Shown here one piece after another: positions 26,364-38,229 of a stretch of DNA of 64,000 nucleotides. Position numbers and translations under genes: made by a program. Source of the DNA: Iphione sp. A-MEVVRFRX5 (Eukaryota); NCBI GenBank assembly GCA_976226885.1, contig OZ320323.1, forward strand, positions 52,142,001 through 52,206,000, in the 5' to 3' direction. The notes beneath the pieces are model-generated. The model was given only the letters and a program-made list of their open reading frames with translations, was not told the origin of the DNA and searched no databases. The first letter of the stretch is position 1, and each line of letters opens with the position of its first letter.

Positions 26364-26554
26364 GTCCTCCCTTCGTGCCGCTGGCCCCGCTGGTGTCGTG
26401 TGCCCCTCCTCCCCGCCAGAGGCGCTCCAGGACCATGTTCACGGAGGCGCACATCCAGCGCCTGGAGGAGTTCTTCGTGCGGGACCCGTACCCGGACATC
26501 TACAGCCGCGAGCAGCTCGCCGAGGACATCGGGGTCCCCGAGGCCAGGATCCAG
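26364..26554 (+). CDS. PRD-class homeobox gene, exon 2 (homeodomain residues 1-46)
   Basis: Pyrimidine-rich acceptor ccctccacAG. Encodes QRRSRTMFTEAHIQRLEEFFVRDPYPDIYSREQLAEDIGVPEARIQ with the PRD-type YPD..REQLA and PEARIQ. Donor CAG|GTAATA falls after codon 46. Confidence 0.97.
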
Positions 26555-26579
26555 GTAATATGAGCTACTCAACCCAGTC

Positions 26580-26760
26580 TATATGTAGAAATGTATGTAA
26601 GTACGTACGTGGGTATGAGCTATTCACCCCAGTGTATATTCATGTATGTAAGTATGACTGTATGTATGGATGTGCGTATGTCTGTTTATATGTATGTATG
26701 TAATGTATATGAATGTATGTACATGTATATTTGTACGTATGTGTATATGTGGATGTATTT
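26580..26760. repeat. Degenerate (TATG)n microsatellite in intron 2
   Basis: Repeated tatgtatg/gtatgt runs. Confidence 0.8.
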
Positions 26761-26974
26761 GGAGTTAGAATAGTCTTGCAGATGACTTGTCACTCCACAA
26801 CAGCATACACGTACATCCATGCACAAATTGTTGAAATTGTTAGCATAAATGTAAATGTGTGTACATATATATTTTCCTCCCCATCCCTCTTATCTGCAAG
26901 GCAAAGCAATAGGTGTGTGTGTGTGTGAATATGAATTAATTCGTGCTGTTTTTCTCCTCCTCCGCCACCTACAG

Positions 26975-27300
26975 ACCTGGTTCCAGAACAAGCGGTCGCG
27001 GACCCGCCGTCAGATCAACAACCAGCGCCGCACCTCTCCGACCCCCGTCACACCTCCCAGCTCGGGCCCCTCCTCCCCCTCCACGCCCGCCTCTCCACGC
27101 CAGCCCCCGCCACCAGGCCGCGCCACCTCGCCCTACCTCCTCCAGGGTACCTCCAGGGCTCCCGCCGTCACTCCAGGCGCGGCCAGCCATCATTGTCATA
27201 CACAGGCTTCGAGGAAACAGGAAACGACGTCACCGAAGACGCCCGTGACGTCACCGCGGGCTGATCAGAATGACTCGGGCGTTCTGGATTTGAGTATAAA
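26975..27300 (+). CDS. PRD-class homeobox gene, exon 3 (helix 3 TWFQNKRSR plus S/T-P-rich region, ends VLDLSI-K)
   Basis: Acceptor ttttctcctcctccgccacctacAG, phase 0. WFQN completes the homeodomain. Donor AA|GTGAGT, phase 2. Confidence 0.95.
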
Positions 27301-27547
27301 GTGAGTTGGACCACCAATTCTTCTTATTCTGTAATCTGTTTTGGCAGACCAAATATAAAGTATTCTTGCATTTTCCCCCACACCATATATCAACAAGACA
27401 AGCTCGTGGTACGTGAAATCGCTATACCCTTCCTGATCCAAGCATATATAGCATAATTACTGTCATTTTTTCTCCATATGAACTTGATGGACTTGTCGCT
27501 TCCTCTGTTCCGTCTCTCTAAATCAATGAAGTTACTGCGGTTTCCAG

Positions 27548-28277
27548 GTCCAATGAGTCTCCCAAAGAGACACCAGCTTCGTCCGCTGCTCCCCAGATGG
27601 CTCCCCACCCAGACGCCGGGCGTCCCTTCTTCACACCCTGGGCGACTCCGACCCCCTCTGCGTCCTCCTTCGCCGCCCGCCGCGCCGCTGCCGACGCCAT
27701 CTTCGTCGCCGCTACACGCGCCCACCAGGCGGCGTTGCCTGTGGCGCCCGTACCGGCTTCCTCATCCGGGTCCCTTCCGAGAGCGACGCCCGGCGTCGCT
27801 CACAACCCGTGGATGTACGGCTTCACCCCCGGCTACAACGCCAAGGACGGCGTCTACTACCTGCAGCCCCTTCCTAACAGCCCCCTGCTGCAGCGCGTCG
27901 CCGACACCGCCCTCCCCGCCTCGCCCGGCCTGTCGCCGCTCGCCGTCGGCGGCGCGCCATGGTCGCCGACCTTCCTGTCGCCCTCCCTCCGCACGTCCCT
28001 CAGCAGCTCCGTCTTCGTCTTCCCCGACGTCCAGTCGACGATGGCGACGGCAACGGCTTCTTCCGGTGTCGCTTCCTGTAGGGGGACCACCACCGACGAC
28101 GACGACAGCAGCGAACATCCGGTTTCGGAAGGGTCGACGTCGCCCGCTTCCGTCGCGCTGCCGCCGTCTGCTGACAAGTCGGAAGATCTGAGTGGGTCGC
28201 CTGGCTCCGACACCGGAAGTGGTTCGTCGGGATACAGCAGCCGCGACTGCCTCAGCCCAATCGACGTCTGTAACTAA
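27548..28277 (+). CDS. PRD-class homeobox gene, exon 4 (Pro/Ala/Ser-rich C-terminus ending SPIDVCN*)
   Basis: Acceptor tttccAG at 27547. AA+G restores a frame continuous with ORF 27597..28277. GC-rich codon usage. Total CDS 1317 nt = 438 aa plus stop. Confidence 0.88.
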
Positions 28278-28472
28278 AAGTCGAGAACAGCAGCAGCTGA
28301 CCCCCTCCCCGCCCCTCCCCCCCGCCCTGCGCCTTGCCTGTCGGAAGTCGTCGATCTGATTGGATGATGCCTGTCATTTCTTGTGTGCCTTGTGTGGTTA
28401 ACTTATGTAGATATAGATTAACTGTATATACGTTCATATGTAGCTGGATTGCATTCTTGAACGATCCTTAGT

Positions 28473-28478
28473 AATAAA
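28473..28478 (+). terminator. Polyadenylation signal of the homeobox gene
   Basis: First AATAAA, about 195 nt after the stop codon. Confidence 0.65.
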
Positions 28479-30779
28479 GTCCGTCCAATATTCTACAAAC
28501 CGATTCGTTTCTTCTACAGAACCACATGTAACTAGTAACCAGGACAACAACAATACTGATAACGGTATGACCGAGCTTCATACATTGCACTGGATGTAAT
28601 CACGATGTGATCGTTGATTATATATAATATATCAAGAATGAGCCCCCAGATTTGATCTAGGCAACCCACTAATAGACGCCAATATCTGTGATGGTTCATT
28701 AAGTACCAATCGAATTGGCCCGGATGCCTTCCAACAACATGAGCAAATTATCTAAGAAACGGGCTCATAAGCTGTGTGTATGTGGATGTCCTATTTCTTC
28801 CTATCGTTAAATAGGTATGATTCTGGTAACAAATACAATGAATTGTATGAATATAATGACAGAAATAAAGTTTAATAACAATACACGTTGGTTAATTGAG
28901 CTGTTGCTTGGCTTGAGCTCTCAATCAGCCCAACTGATGGCTTTCTGCACATCCATGTTGAAAGCTGCAATGTTCGTAGTCTGAATGCCCGAGAAGACCG
29001 CCATTGTGAGATTTTGTTTGCTTGGGCTCTCAATTTTGGAAATAACTGAATTAGACCAATCATCAAACAACCTATCATGGCTTTCTGCACATCGATGTTG
29101 AGACTGCAACTGACAGTTGCAATGTTCATAGTCTCTCTCTTTAATAATGGGGCTACCTTTTTAAGGATGAGGGAGCTGAGCTTCTGTACACATCAACCAT
29201 GGCCAGACTTTGCCAAGAACTGAGCAGGTTGAGGCGTGGTGTAGATATGGACTATGGGCAAATATGCAGCACAAATGATAAACACAAGCTGTTACTACCC
29301 GCCGATGTCGTTGAGACGTGACTTATATTCAGGTTGTACTGCTCGGTTCAACCCTCTTGTAGGGCGTGTTAAGTGGAGGATAAATACAATCCGTACGAGG
29401 CTCACGAGCTTCTTCATGGCATGGTCATTACTACTGTTCCTGTCTAGTGTGAGAAAATACTTCTTGTGAATAATTAATAAGAAACAGACCAACTTGAAGC
29501 TATGACATTCTGGTTTTGCGTGTCAGTCACTGTCAGGATCTGCCTCATTCACTGAGCAGCTCAAACGCGCCTCCTGATTTAGGTCGTATTACTGTGATGG
29601 CTGTCCAGCGTGAGATCCTGATTCTGGTGGGCCGAGTTATTGTCAGGGAGCACAGCCTTCATCACTAATATTTACCCATAGCCTCGCTGGATGAGTCACT
29701 CAACCCACCGCTTTATTCCCTGAGCCTTTGTACAATCTCCACCAGAAGGCCGCTGTACTGTAGTGAGCTGCTCGGCGTGCGCATACGACCCGTGTTTGCT
29801 CTGGACTGAATGGACTGGCAAGGACGATAAGTCAGGGGGGCAATTAGGAGCATTTCTTTACACAAGGGGATGAATACGAATAGCGGATCCCAATACGTAA
29901 TGTACCCCTCCCCCCTAAGGACCGGCCCGCCGCCTCCCTCGGCTGCCAGGGTCGATTCAATGCAGGAGAAGGGTTTTGTCAACCAGCTCATCCCTTGATT
30001 TCCATACAATGCACTGAAGCTTGACACTTACTAATCCGCCTTTACTTAGGTTTAATGATTGGAATATGGCGAAAAAACAATAGAGTGTATCCAGACTCAT
30101 AACCTATGGTAACTGCGAGTCTTGTATTGGTTTTAATCCTCACTAGTAGTTTACACAACAAAACAGTAGCAGCTTACACAAAGAGGCAGTAGTAGCATAC
30201 ACAATAAGGCAGTAGTAGCTTACACAATGAAGCAGTGTAAATATTTGTCTTTTTCATAGCGTACACTCACTGCGAGACCGGGGAGATATGTAATCTTATA
30301 CCGGGTGGGGGTGGGGGGGGATGCACACTAAGTAGGCTTTGGCCAGATGGTAGATGGGAGAAATGTGGGGTCTTATACTCTTGGGTATAGTGGGCCACAG
30401 AGATTGGGGGGAGGGGGGGTCTTGGGTAAACTAGGGTATGGGCATGAATTGGGGCTTTCCTCGGCCCCACAAGGCTTGCATGGCCAGGGACTATTTCCTG
30501 CAGTGGACGGATACTCTACAGACGGGAAATGAACTATTTCCTAATGGGATAGCCTCCGTCTGTGCTCGCTTGCATTTTCTGGGAGTAGAGCCTTTCTGGG
30601 AGTAATTTTACCTCGGTTATGAGCGCTGAGAGACGAAGAAATATAGATTTATACACCAAATCCCGAGGTGAAGCCGCTTAGCAGGGAGTGAGTATTGCGG
30701 TGCGTTAAGAATGAGTCCAGCAGGGTGTGATAGCATCCATAGACATGTACACGTATTGTGGTCTTGCATGAGAGTTTAT

Positions 30780-31140
30780 CCATGTGTGTGTGTGTGTGTG
30801 TGTAGGCATGTGGGTGTGTTTGTAAGGGCATTTTAACCATGATTAACCATTAATCTGATAACCACTATATACATGCTGTGAAGTGTGTTTTCAAGTTGTA
30901 TTCGTGTTATGAATTTACTGTTAGACCCTTTTCCCCCCAAAAAATAAACCGCACTGAAAATATGTACCATGTTTATGGTGAAATGGGACTTTTCCCGTTC
31001 TGTAAACATAGTACATGCAGACATGTTACATATGCCATGGCCACGAGCGAGATGGAAACATGCATGTAGATTTGTGTATTCTCTAAAAATATATTGAAAA
31101 CATGCCAACACGCCTGTGAAAAAAAAACACTTACATGGCA
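30780..31140. mobile_element. Dispersed repeat with an inverted copy at about 48180-48500
   Basis: The reverse complement of 30945-31000 (cccatttcaccataaacatggtacatattttcag) matches 48293-48326 (cccatttcaccatgaacacgatgcatgctttcag). Confidence 0.65.
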
Positions 31141-31715
31141 ATTTAGCCTAAATGAATATAGTTCCGGGGCTCACCACTTTGATTTGGCAGCTGAAATCTG
31201 TGATTAATTTTATAATGACTATTTTTTTTACATGTACACTGCTATAGAAATAAGACATCTGCGGACAGGTATTTAAAACAAATATATTCTCTAAGCCAGA
31301 ACATGTGCATAAGGTCTAGACAACAAGCTCTGTCATCCGTTCTTACAGTAAGTTTGAAAACCCGTCAGCCTGCTGCTAACCAATCAATAGTAAATGACAC
31401 ATCTACCGCTGCCCAACTGACCCGCTTCTCTACGGACGCTACACAAACGCCGAGGGCGCTTTTTTTCCTTTCCTAGCGATCCGTGTTCGGCTGGCTTGTC
31501 TGAGGCAATCGCCACAGTACCACTCATCCAAGGCATTGAAGCGGAAAATGACGGAGGGTGAGGAGAAGCCATGGGCGTCCGGCTCCTGTAGGCAACATGA
31601 CCTGGGGGGGGCGGCGAGTCCTCCCAGATAAAGGAAAAATGGAGGGAGTGAAAGGTATGAAGGGGGTATGGATGAGGTAGAGTTGCCAGTCAGACAGGAT
31701 CAGTTGTTGACAACA

Positions 31716-32289
31716 TTATGCAGGCAGGACCAGTCCTCATAGATACGGTAAGTGGGTACTGAATGGAGGAAGTGCAGGATGTGTGGGTTATGCAGGCAGA
31801 ACCAGTCCTCATAGATATGGTAAGTGGGTACTGAATGGAGGTAGTGCAGGATGTGTGGGTTATGCAGGCAGGACCAGTCCTCATAGACACGGTAAGTGGG
31901 TACTGAATGGAGGTAGTGCAGGATGTGTGGGTTATGCAGGCAGAACCAGTCCTCATGGACACGGTAAGTGGGTACTGAATGGAGGTAGTGCAGGATGTGC
32001 GGGTTAATGCAGGTTGGAGCAGTCCTCATAGATACGGTAAGTGGGTACTGAATGGAGGTAGTGCAGGATGTGTGGGTTATGCAGGCAGAACCAGTCCTCA
32101 TGGACACGGTAAGTGGGTACTGAATGGAGGTAGTGCAGGATGTGTGGGTTAATGCAGGTTGGAGCAGTCCTCATAGATACGGTAAGTGGGTACTGAATGG
32201 AGGTAGTGCAGGATGTGTGGGTTATGCAGGCAGAACCAGTCCTCATAGATACGGTAAGTGGGTACGTAATGGAGGTAGTGCAGGATGTG
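31716..32289. repeat. 72/73-bp tandem repeat, 8 copies
   Basis: gcaggatgtg recurs at 31774, 31846, 31918, 31990, 32063, 32135, 32208 and 32280. Confidence 0.97.
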
Positions 32290-35200
32290 CTCGAGGATGT
32301 TAAGTATACAGAGAAGCCATGAGCATCAGACAGCATTGGAAGACCCTGGGCGGGCAGGAACAGAACCTCACAGATAAAGGCAAGTCGAGGCTGAGTAGAG
32401 GGAGTAGAAGGAGGTAGTAGATATGACAACAAACCCTCAGGGCCAGTTGGGAGAAACAGAAGAGAAAATATAGCCATCTTACATATAGTGCACAAAGGGA
32501 AAAGGGAGCATATAGCAAGCAGACAGGGTGGACAGACAGACAGGATGGACAAGTGAAAGAGGATAGGTCTTGTATAACAAGTCGGGGGGCTGAGAGGTTG
32601 ACAAACCGCTAAGCAGAAATGACCGAAAGCACAAAGAGAGAGACGCACGGTCAGACATACATACATACATACATACATACATACCGACAGATGCATTAGC
32701 GGAATGGTAGAACGGTTATCCAAAAAGGCAAGGCTAATACAAGTATATGAAATACACATCCTACTCTTGAGGGGAGATATTGCATATTACAAGCTTAAAT
32801 GGCAAGGGGGGGGGCACTGGATCAGGGAGGAGGATCCCCAAGGATCGCTCAAATAGTGATTCAAATAAGCTGCGCATGTGCAGAGTCTGTTGTCTATCTT
32901 CAGTGAGGCTGGGCCGGCAAACCGGAAGACCATCCCCACCCACTCATACAGCGCCCCCCTCGGAGAAACCATACACTGGAAGCCGTTCAAAGGAGAAGTG
33001 GGTCTTCGAGGAGGAGGAGGAGATATGAAATGAAGAAGGGACGTTCCATAAAGGGAGCGTGATGGGTTGAATTAGGAGAGCACAGATATTGCAGAGGAAG
33101 CAGATATTGGATGTTCAGCCATGAAACTATAATCAGAGCAGTCAAGTTAAACATTAAAGCCACCCACAGAGGGTTCAGATGTTAGATGTGAAATCATGAA
33201 AGTATTATTATAGTTTAAAACCAAACACAGAGGGGATGGGGCCAGATGTTAAACATGTAACAATGGGAGGGGGCATTACGAAACACTGCTCAACTCACTG
33301 AGAGAGGAGCTTTACGATGCGGAACTGTAGAGATACACTGGGAGAGTGAAGTCCACTGATAGAGAAAAGTCTAGGTTTAAACCTATGGAACTGCAGGTAC
33401 ACTTAAAGCAAGAAGGCTACAGAATTAAACCTTGCGTACGGAAAGTAATGTTAGAATGTTGAATCGTGGAACTATATTTGACATCGTTGCAGGCGATGAG
33501 ACAATAGACTAGCACAATACCTACATGGACCCAGCACTAAAGATGTATTTGTGCAGTATGTGTACATGTAATTATAGGCAATATGCTTACAAGATCTCCT
33601 ACAACAAAGAACACCTTCTGAAGACATAAAACCTGGAAGCTCTGGGTGTGGTGTTGGACTATACACATACAAGGACTATATTTCTCAGAGACACTGTGCA
33701 AATTCATTTCCATTGGACTTCTGGTATCACTAAAATATTCCATAGCTATACAGTCTCTTGTTCAGGAGTGAAAAGTTCTCTGTAACTTGAAAATGTAATG
33801 TACAAGGGGGTTAAGGGGCTCCAACAGTCGAAGACAAGTCATGGTTGGCCAATGTCCAAGCATCCCAGTAATATACATGTATAGGTCAACTGAAAGATGT
33901 GCTCGGCAATAAACGCTCGAGAAAGTCGATTCATATCAATAAACTAGCACCTATCCCGAGTGGAACCGTTATAGACTCTTCTGTAAAAACCGTTATAACT
34001 CTGTTTCTCATCTCCAGAACTTCTTCAGATTCGTACAAGCATCCCCCCCCACCCTTGGAATCGCGGCAGCTATGAGCACTTAAACACGACGCATCCTCAG
34101 GGAGGAATGCGGTGGTGATGGAGTTGGTAATGGCGGGAGTAGGGTATCCCACAATTCCATGTGAATTCATATTAGTGACAAGTGGCCCGTCTTACCGCAC
34201 AAAGAGATTTAATCACCCTGTTACCATGGAGAGCAGTACAACAATGAGAGCGTGAATATACATTAACACAATATTCCACATTACAGGCACTCTGTCATCA
34301 ACCAGCATCTACATTAGGTAACTCTACGCCCCCCCCCCCGCCATCCACGCATGCTAATTATGCCCTCAGCACGGCCGGGCTGCGGACAGGCTCCTAACAC
34401 GGCATACGGGACGAACAGATGGAGGATTTGCATGATAGTGGCCGCTTCTGGGAGGAACTGTGCCCCTCACGTAGCAAGACTCGTAGATGTACATCATGAA
34501 CGTGAGGGGAGGGGGGGTTGAAGGAGTGGGGCCGGGGGGCCGATGGAGACACTAGCTTCTACAATTCTTGCCTTCCCATGTGACGTCTTTTTCTTTCAAA
34601 TATAACAAGCGCCTTCGGCACATCCCCTGGTGGTCATCAGTAAGGGGCGTCCTGCTTGGGTGACCACAGGGAAGGTGTGTGCTTTAAACAGAGGAATATT
34701 CCTACTCAGCTCTACACAAGTAGGGCCACATTAACCATATACACCTTTCAAAATTAGTTTATTTTCAAGCAGAATAAGAATCAATTACATCTTCCTTGAT
34801 ATCAATTCAAAATATGAGCATTCGTGAAATATGTAATGTGACTTTCTAAAACCACACCACCATGAGAAGACACTTCTATGGCGGAAACTACTTCCAGGTG
34901 AGTTTTGATATGGGTTGTGTAACCATCACTTGGGAGACGGGATCTAGTCGCCCCTACCTCTTCCCCTGGAAATCACTTTCTCCGCTCACGCACGAACTTC
35001 GAATAGAGATTTCTACCTTCAGTGTCTAATGGCTATTCGGATTTATTTTCATTCATTTTTGTCCTTTGAAGCGGCCATGTCAGGATCCTTCAACTGCCAC
35101 CTGGTAATGTATAGTGGAGAGCAGGCGGAAGTGGAAGTAACGGGCAGCAGGCACGCAGTGAATACAACCTCGCCACACGATTGGCAGCTGAGTCCTGGCT

Positions 35201-35576
35201 GGGTTCAGCCTCTAGTACCAGGATGATGGGCATACAAATGCACATAATGCGACAATGCGACTGTAATGCGGTTTATATACGGCTTGGCAACGCGAATGTT
35301 CAAGAAATCCTTCTGCGTTTGGAAACAGTATGTAATTGACGGAACCGGGGTCCTATGAGAACTGAACCCCGAATAAACACGGGGCGTTCACAGGATATGC
35401 AACTTAATGGCACATTTTGCATTCTAATGTTTAGGATGACTGTGTACATATGTATACATCTAAGGCATTTATAAGGACTGTATAATCAGTACGAGCATAA
35501 AGATGTAACTGACCCATCGCCATATTATTTGATTAGACTACACTTGCCTACTGCAGGAGCTAAGATAGATACAATC

Positions 35577-35800
35577 ATAGAAAATAGACACACTAATAGA
35601 AAATAGATACTCTAATAGAAAATACATACTTTAGTAGAAAATAGATACTCTAATAGAAAATACATACTCTTATAGAAAATAGATACTCTTATAGAAATAG
35701 ATACTCTAATAGAAAATAGATACATGTACTCTAATAGAAAATAGATACACTAATAGAAAATAGATACACTAACAGAAAAAAAATACTGTAATAGAAAATA
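35577..35800. repeat. 19-20-bp AT-rich minisatellite (ctaatagaaaatagatact)
   Basis: About 11 tandem units. Confidence 0.93.
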
Positions 35801-36199
35801 CATACCATCTTGCAATCGACCCAAAAATGATGCTGCACTGGTAGTACTGCCTTATTGTTTGTAAACACTGTCATTTGACATCATTTTGACATTTTTTTAT
35901 ACAATACGGCCATCAATCCACTGAATCATATATGTGACCAATAAGAAAACATATGTTTATTAAGAACAGAGCATGACATGTAGGCAGATATACTACTAGT
36001 TTAATGCAGAACGGAAAAAACCGTCTCGGAATGAAAACATTTCAATGGTAAATATAGAAGAAAAAGACTAAACAGAAATAAAGTATTGTGTAGTCCATAC
36101 AGTGTTGTACTGACGGAATCGTAACTGTACCACAGTTTTCTCACATTTTCTGGGGTATTTTTTCTCTGGGCAGACTTCCTGGCCCTTGTGGGGTTATCG

Positions 36200-36246
36200 G
36201 CTGAAACTGCTGATACCCCCCCCCCCACCCTTTGGCTAGGGGCCTG
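36200..36246. mobile_element. Truncated right end of the 19.6-kb MITE family
   Basis: gataccccccc...tttggctaggggcctg. Confidence 0.55.
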
Positions 36247-37750
36247 TGATATGTTTTCATTATCTATGAGCTAATATACAAGGATTGTCGCTCCATCATA
36301 ACTTGGATAGTTAAGCGTTTGCATGGAGGTAGAAATACACTGCTGACTGAATCTAAAATACGCACAACTCCCGTCCCGTATGATGCTTGCATGATTGAGA
36401 GTCTAAAATTAAATACCAAACTATGCCATCTGTCCTTGAGCGTGTGTGACTATAGAGCGGCCTTGCAAGAGAGCGTCAGGGTTGAACCAGTCTGGGCGCA
36501 CCAAGGTTACAGCATGCGATCTACAGATACATATCACTGATATCAGACCACGGGGGCGGCAGTAGCTCATCTAACTACATACAATTACACATAGGAAACG
36601 TCTGACTACATCTAGCATCTGTAGGGTCTTATAGAGGCTAGGCCCATGCATCCAGGCTATGCGCACACGTGTAAAACGACTACAGCATATTCTATTAGTG
36701 TATTTCCATGCCTGTGGGTTGTATGGATGGATATACCACCCTAGGGTGTTACATGCCCAGTATATTTACAGAGATTATATACAGTATACATGTAGTATGT
36801 AACATATGGATGTGAGCAGTACTTTTACACGGACACTACAATATGTGCCATTATTTATATGACAAGGGCCTTTGGCGCCCCCCCTCCCACTCTGCTACCC
36901 ACTCTATATGCCTGATACCCCACTCATTGTGCCGTCACAGGAGCACAGACCTTAGAGTACGCATTAACAACGCACAATGTTTAATCGTCACATTTGTGGG
37001 CATTTCCCCATCAAATCGGATGTATTTAGCGATTGGGATGTGTGTATAGGTATATGTGTGTGAGTGAAAGTGCCAGAGGCGCTAGTTTGTTTACAAAATG
37101 GCGTAGGTATACACATCTCATGAAATCTCATCTTGGCACAATCTTCTTCACATGGCCGGAACTACTTTCGAGCAACGTTTTATATACGTATTGTAACCAG
37201 TATGTGTACATTATTTGTGGTACATTTCATCTAAGAATGTCAACGATCAGTATATTGACACCGGGACTAGGCGCAGTAGGGATACATAATACCCCCAGCA
37301 AAGCATTCACAATGCATGACGGGAACAGCAGAATGCCCTCCTTCCAGCAGCCCCGGCGCCAACAATATGGCATCTGTCATGTTGACATGAACTTAATTAC
37401 AGGTGGATCATTAGGTTTTGTATGGTCTGTGGCCGCAGCCGGTCGCATACTAACTGCGGCAAATTATCCTGGCAGTCGCGGAGTCGACAAAACATGGGCC
37501 TTGCTATTAAATATATTATTGGTTTGCGTTTGGCTGCCTACATTCCGCGCCTCTAGACGCGCTGCCCCGGCTACCACGTGTCTCCCCTAGGGGCTTCTGG
37601 GATGTATCCCACAATGCACTAATGTCAATTTCCGGTGAGGATATTAATCGTTGGGCGACACTCTGGAAAAGAGATACGATGGGAGGAGGACGTGGGGGAG
37701 GGGGAGGAGGACGTGGGGGCGGTGGGGGGATGTGCACGCCGTAACATACT

Positions 37751-37940
37751 CTAATAGGAAACCGCCACTTCATTCTGAACTGTTCCTTTGAGACTTTTCA
37801 ATTACAAAAAACACAAAATGTCTCGTAACGGGGGATAGGATGTGCATACCGTAAAATCTATAATAGAAATCGCCTCTTCATTCAAAACTGTTCCTTGACA
37901 CTTTTCAATTACAAAAGCAAAAAGAATGTCATGTAACTGT
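37751..37940. repeat. Local direct duplication, period about 107 bp
   Basis: cttcattc..aactgttcctt...cttttcaattacaaaa occurs twice. Confidence 0.8.
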
Positions 37941-38229
37941 TAAAATCGTGTCCACTAGGACTCTGCATCTATGTACAATCCACCCAGGCCTTAAGCTCCT
38001 TTGGTTTGTATAATAGAGAACTTCTGTGACAGAATCTGTGGGTCCGGTCCGAAGTTTTACGGTCCCATTAGGACGTTTACTGTAAGAGCTTTGCTAGAAT
38101 AATGTGGTTTTTATAAGGGGAGCTACAGGTGCTACAAGAGAACGAAAGGCTTTTATTGTAGACGATAGGCTTCTATGTTCTCACTAATAAAGCCTCCATT
38201 AGAGGAAATACGGTAGTCAATGGCAGAGA

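Noticed and set aside
27478-28191. 237-aa alternative-frame ORF and antisense ORFs over exon 4
   Set aside because: Expected in GC-rich coding sequence, and only the 27597 frame joins exon 3 in phase.
32004-32759. 251-aa minus-strand ORF
   Set aside because: Runs through the 72-bp repeat and (TATG)n, with no recognisable domain.
25200-37406. TAATTACAGGTG shared between the promoter and 37.4 kb
   Set aside because: Many repeated 12-mers are expected by chance in a window this size.
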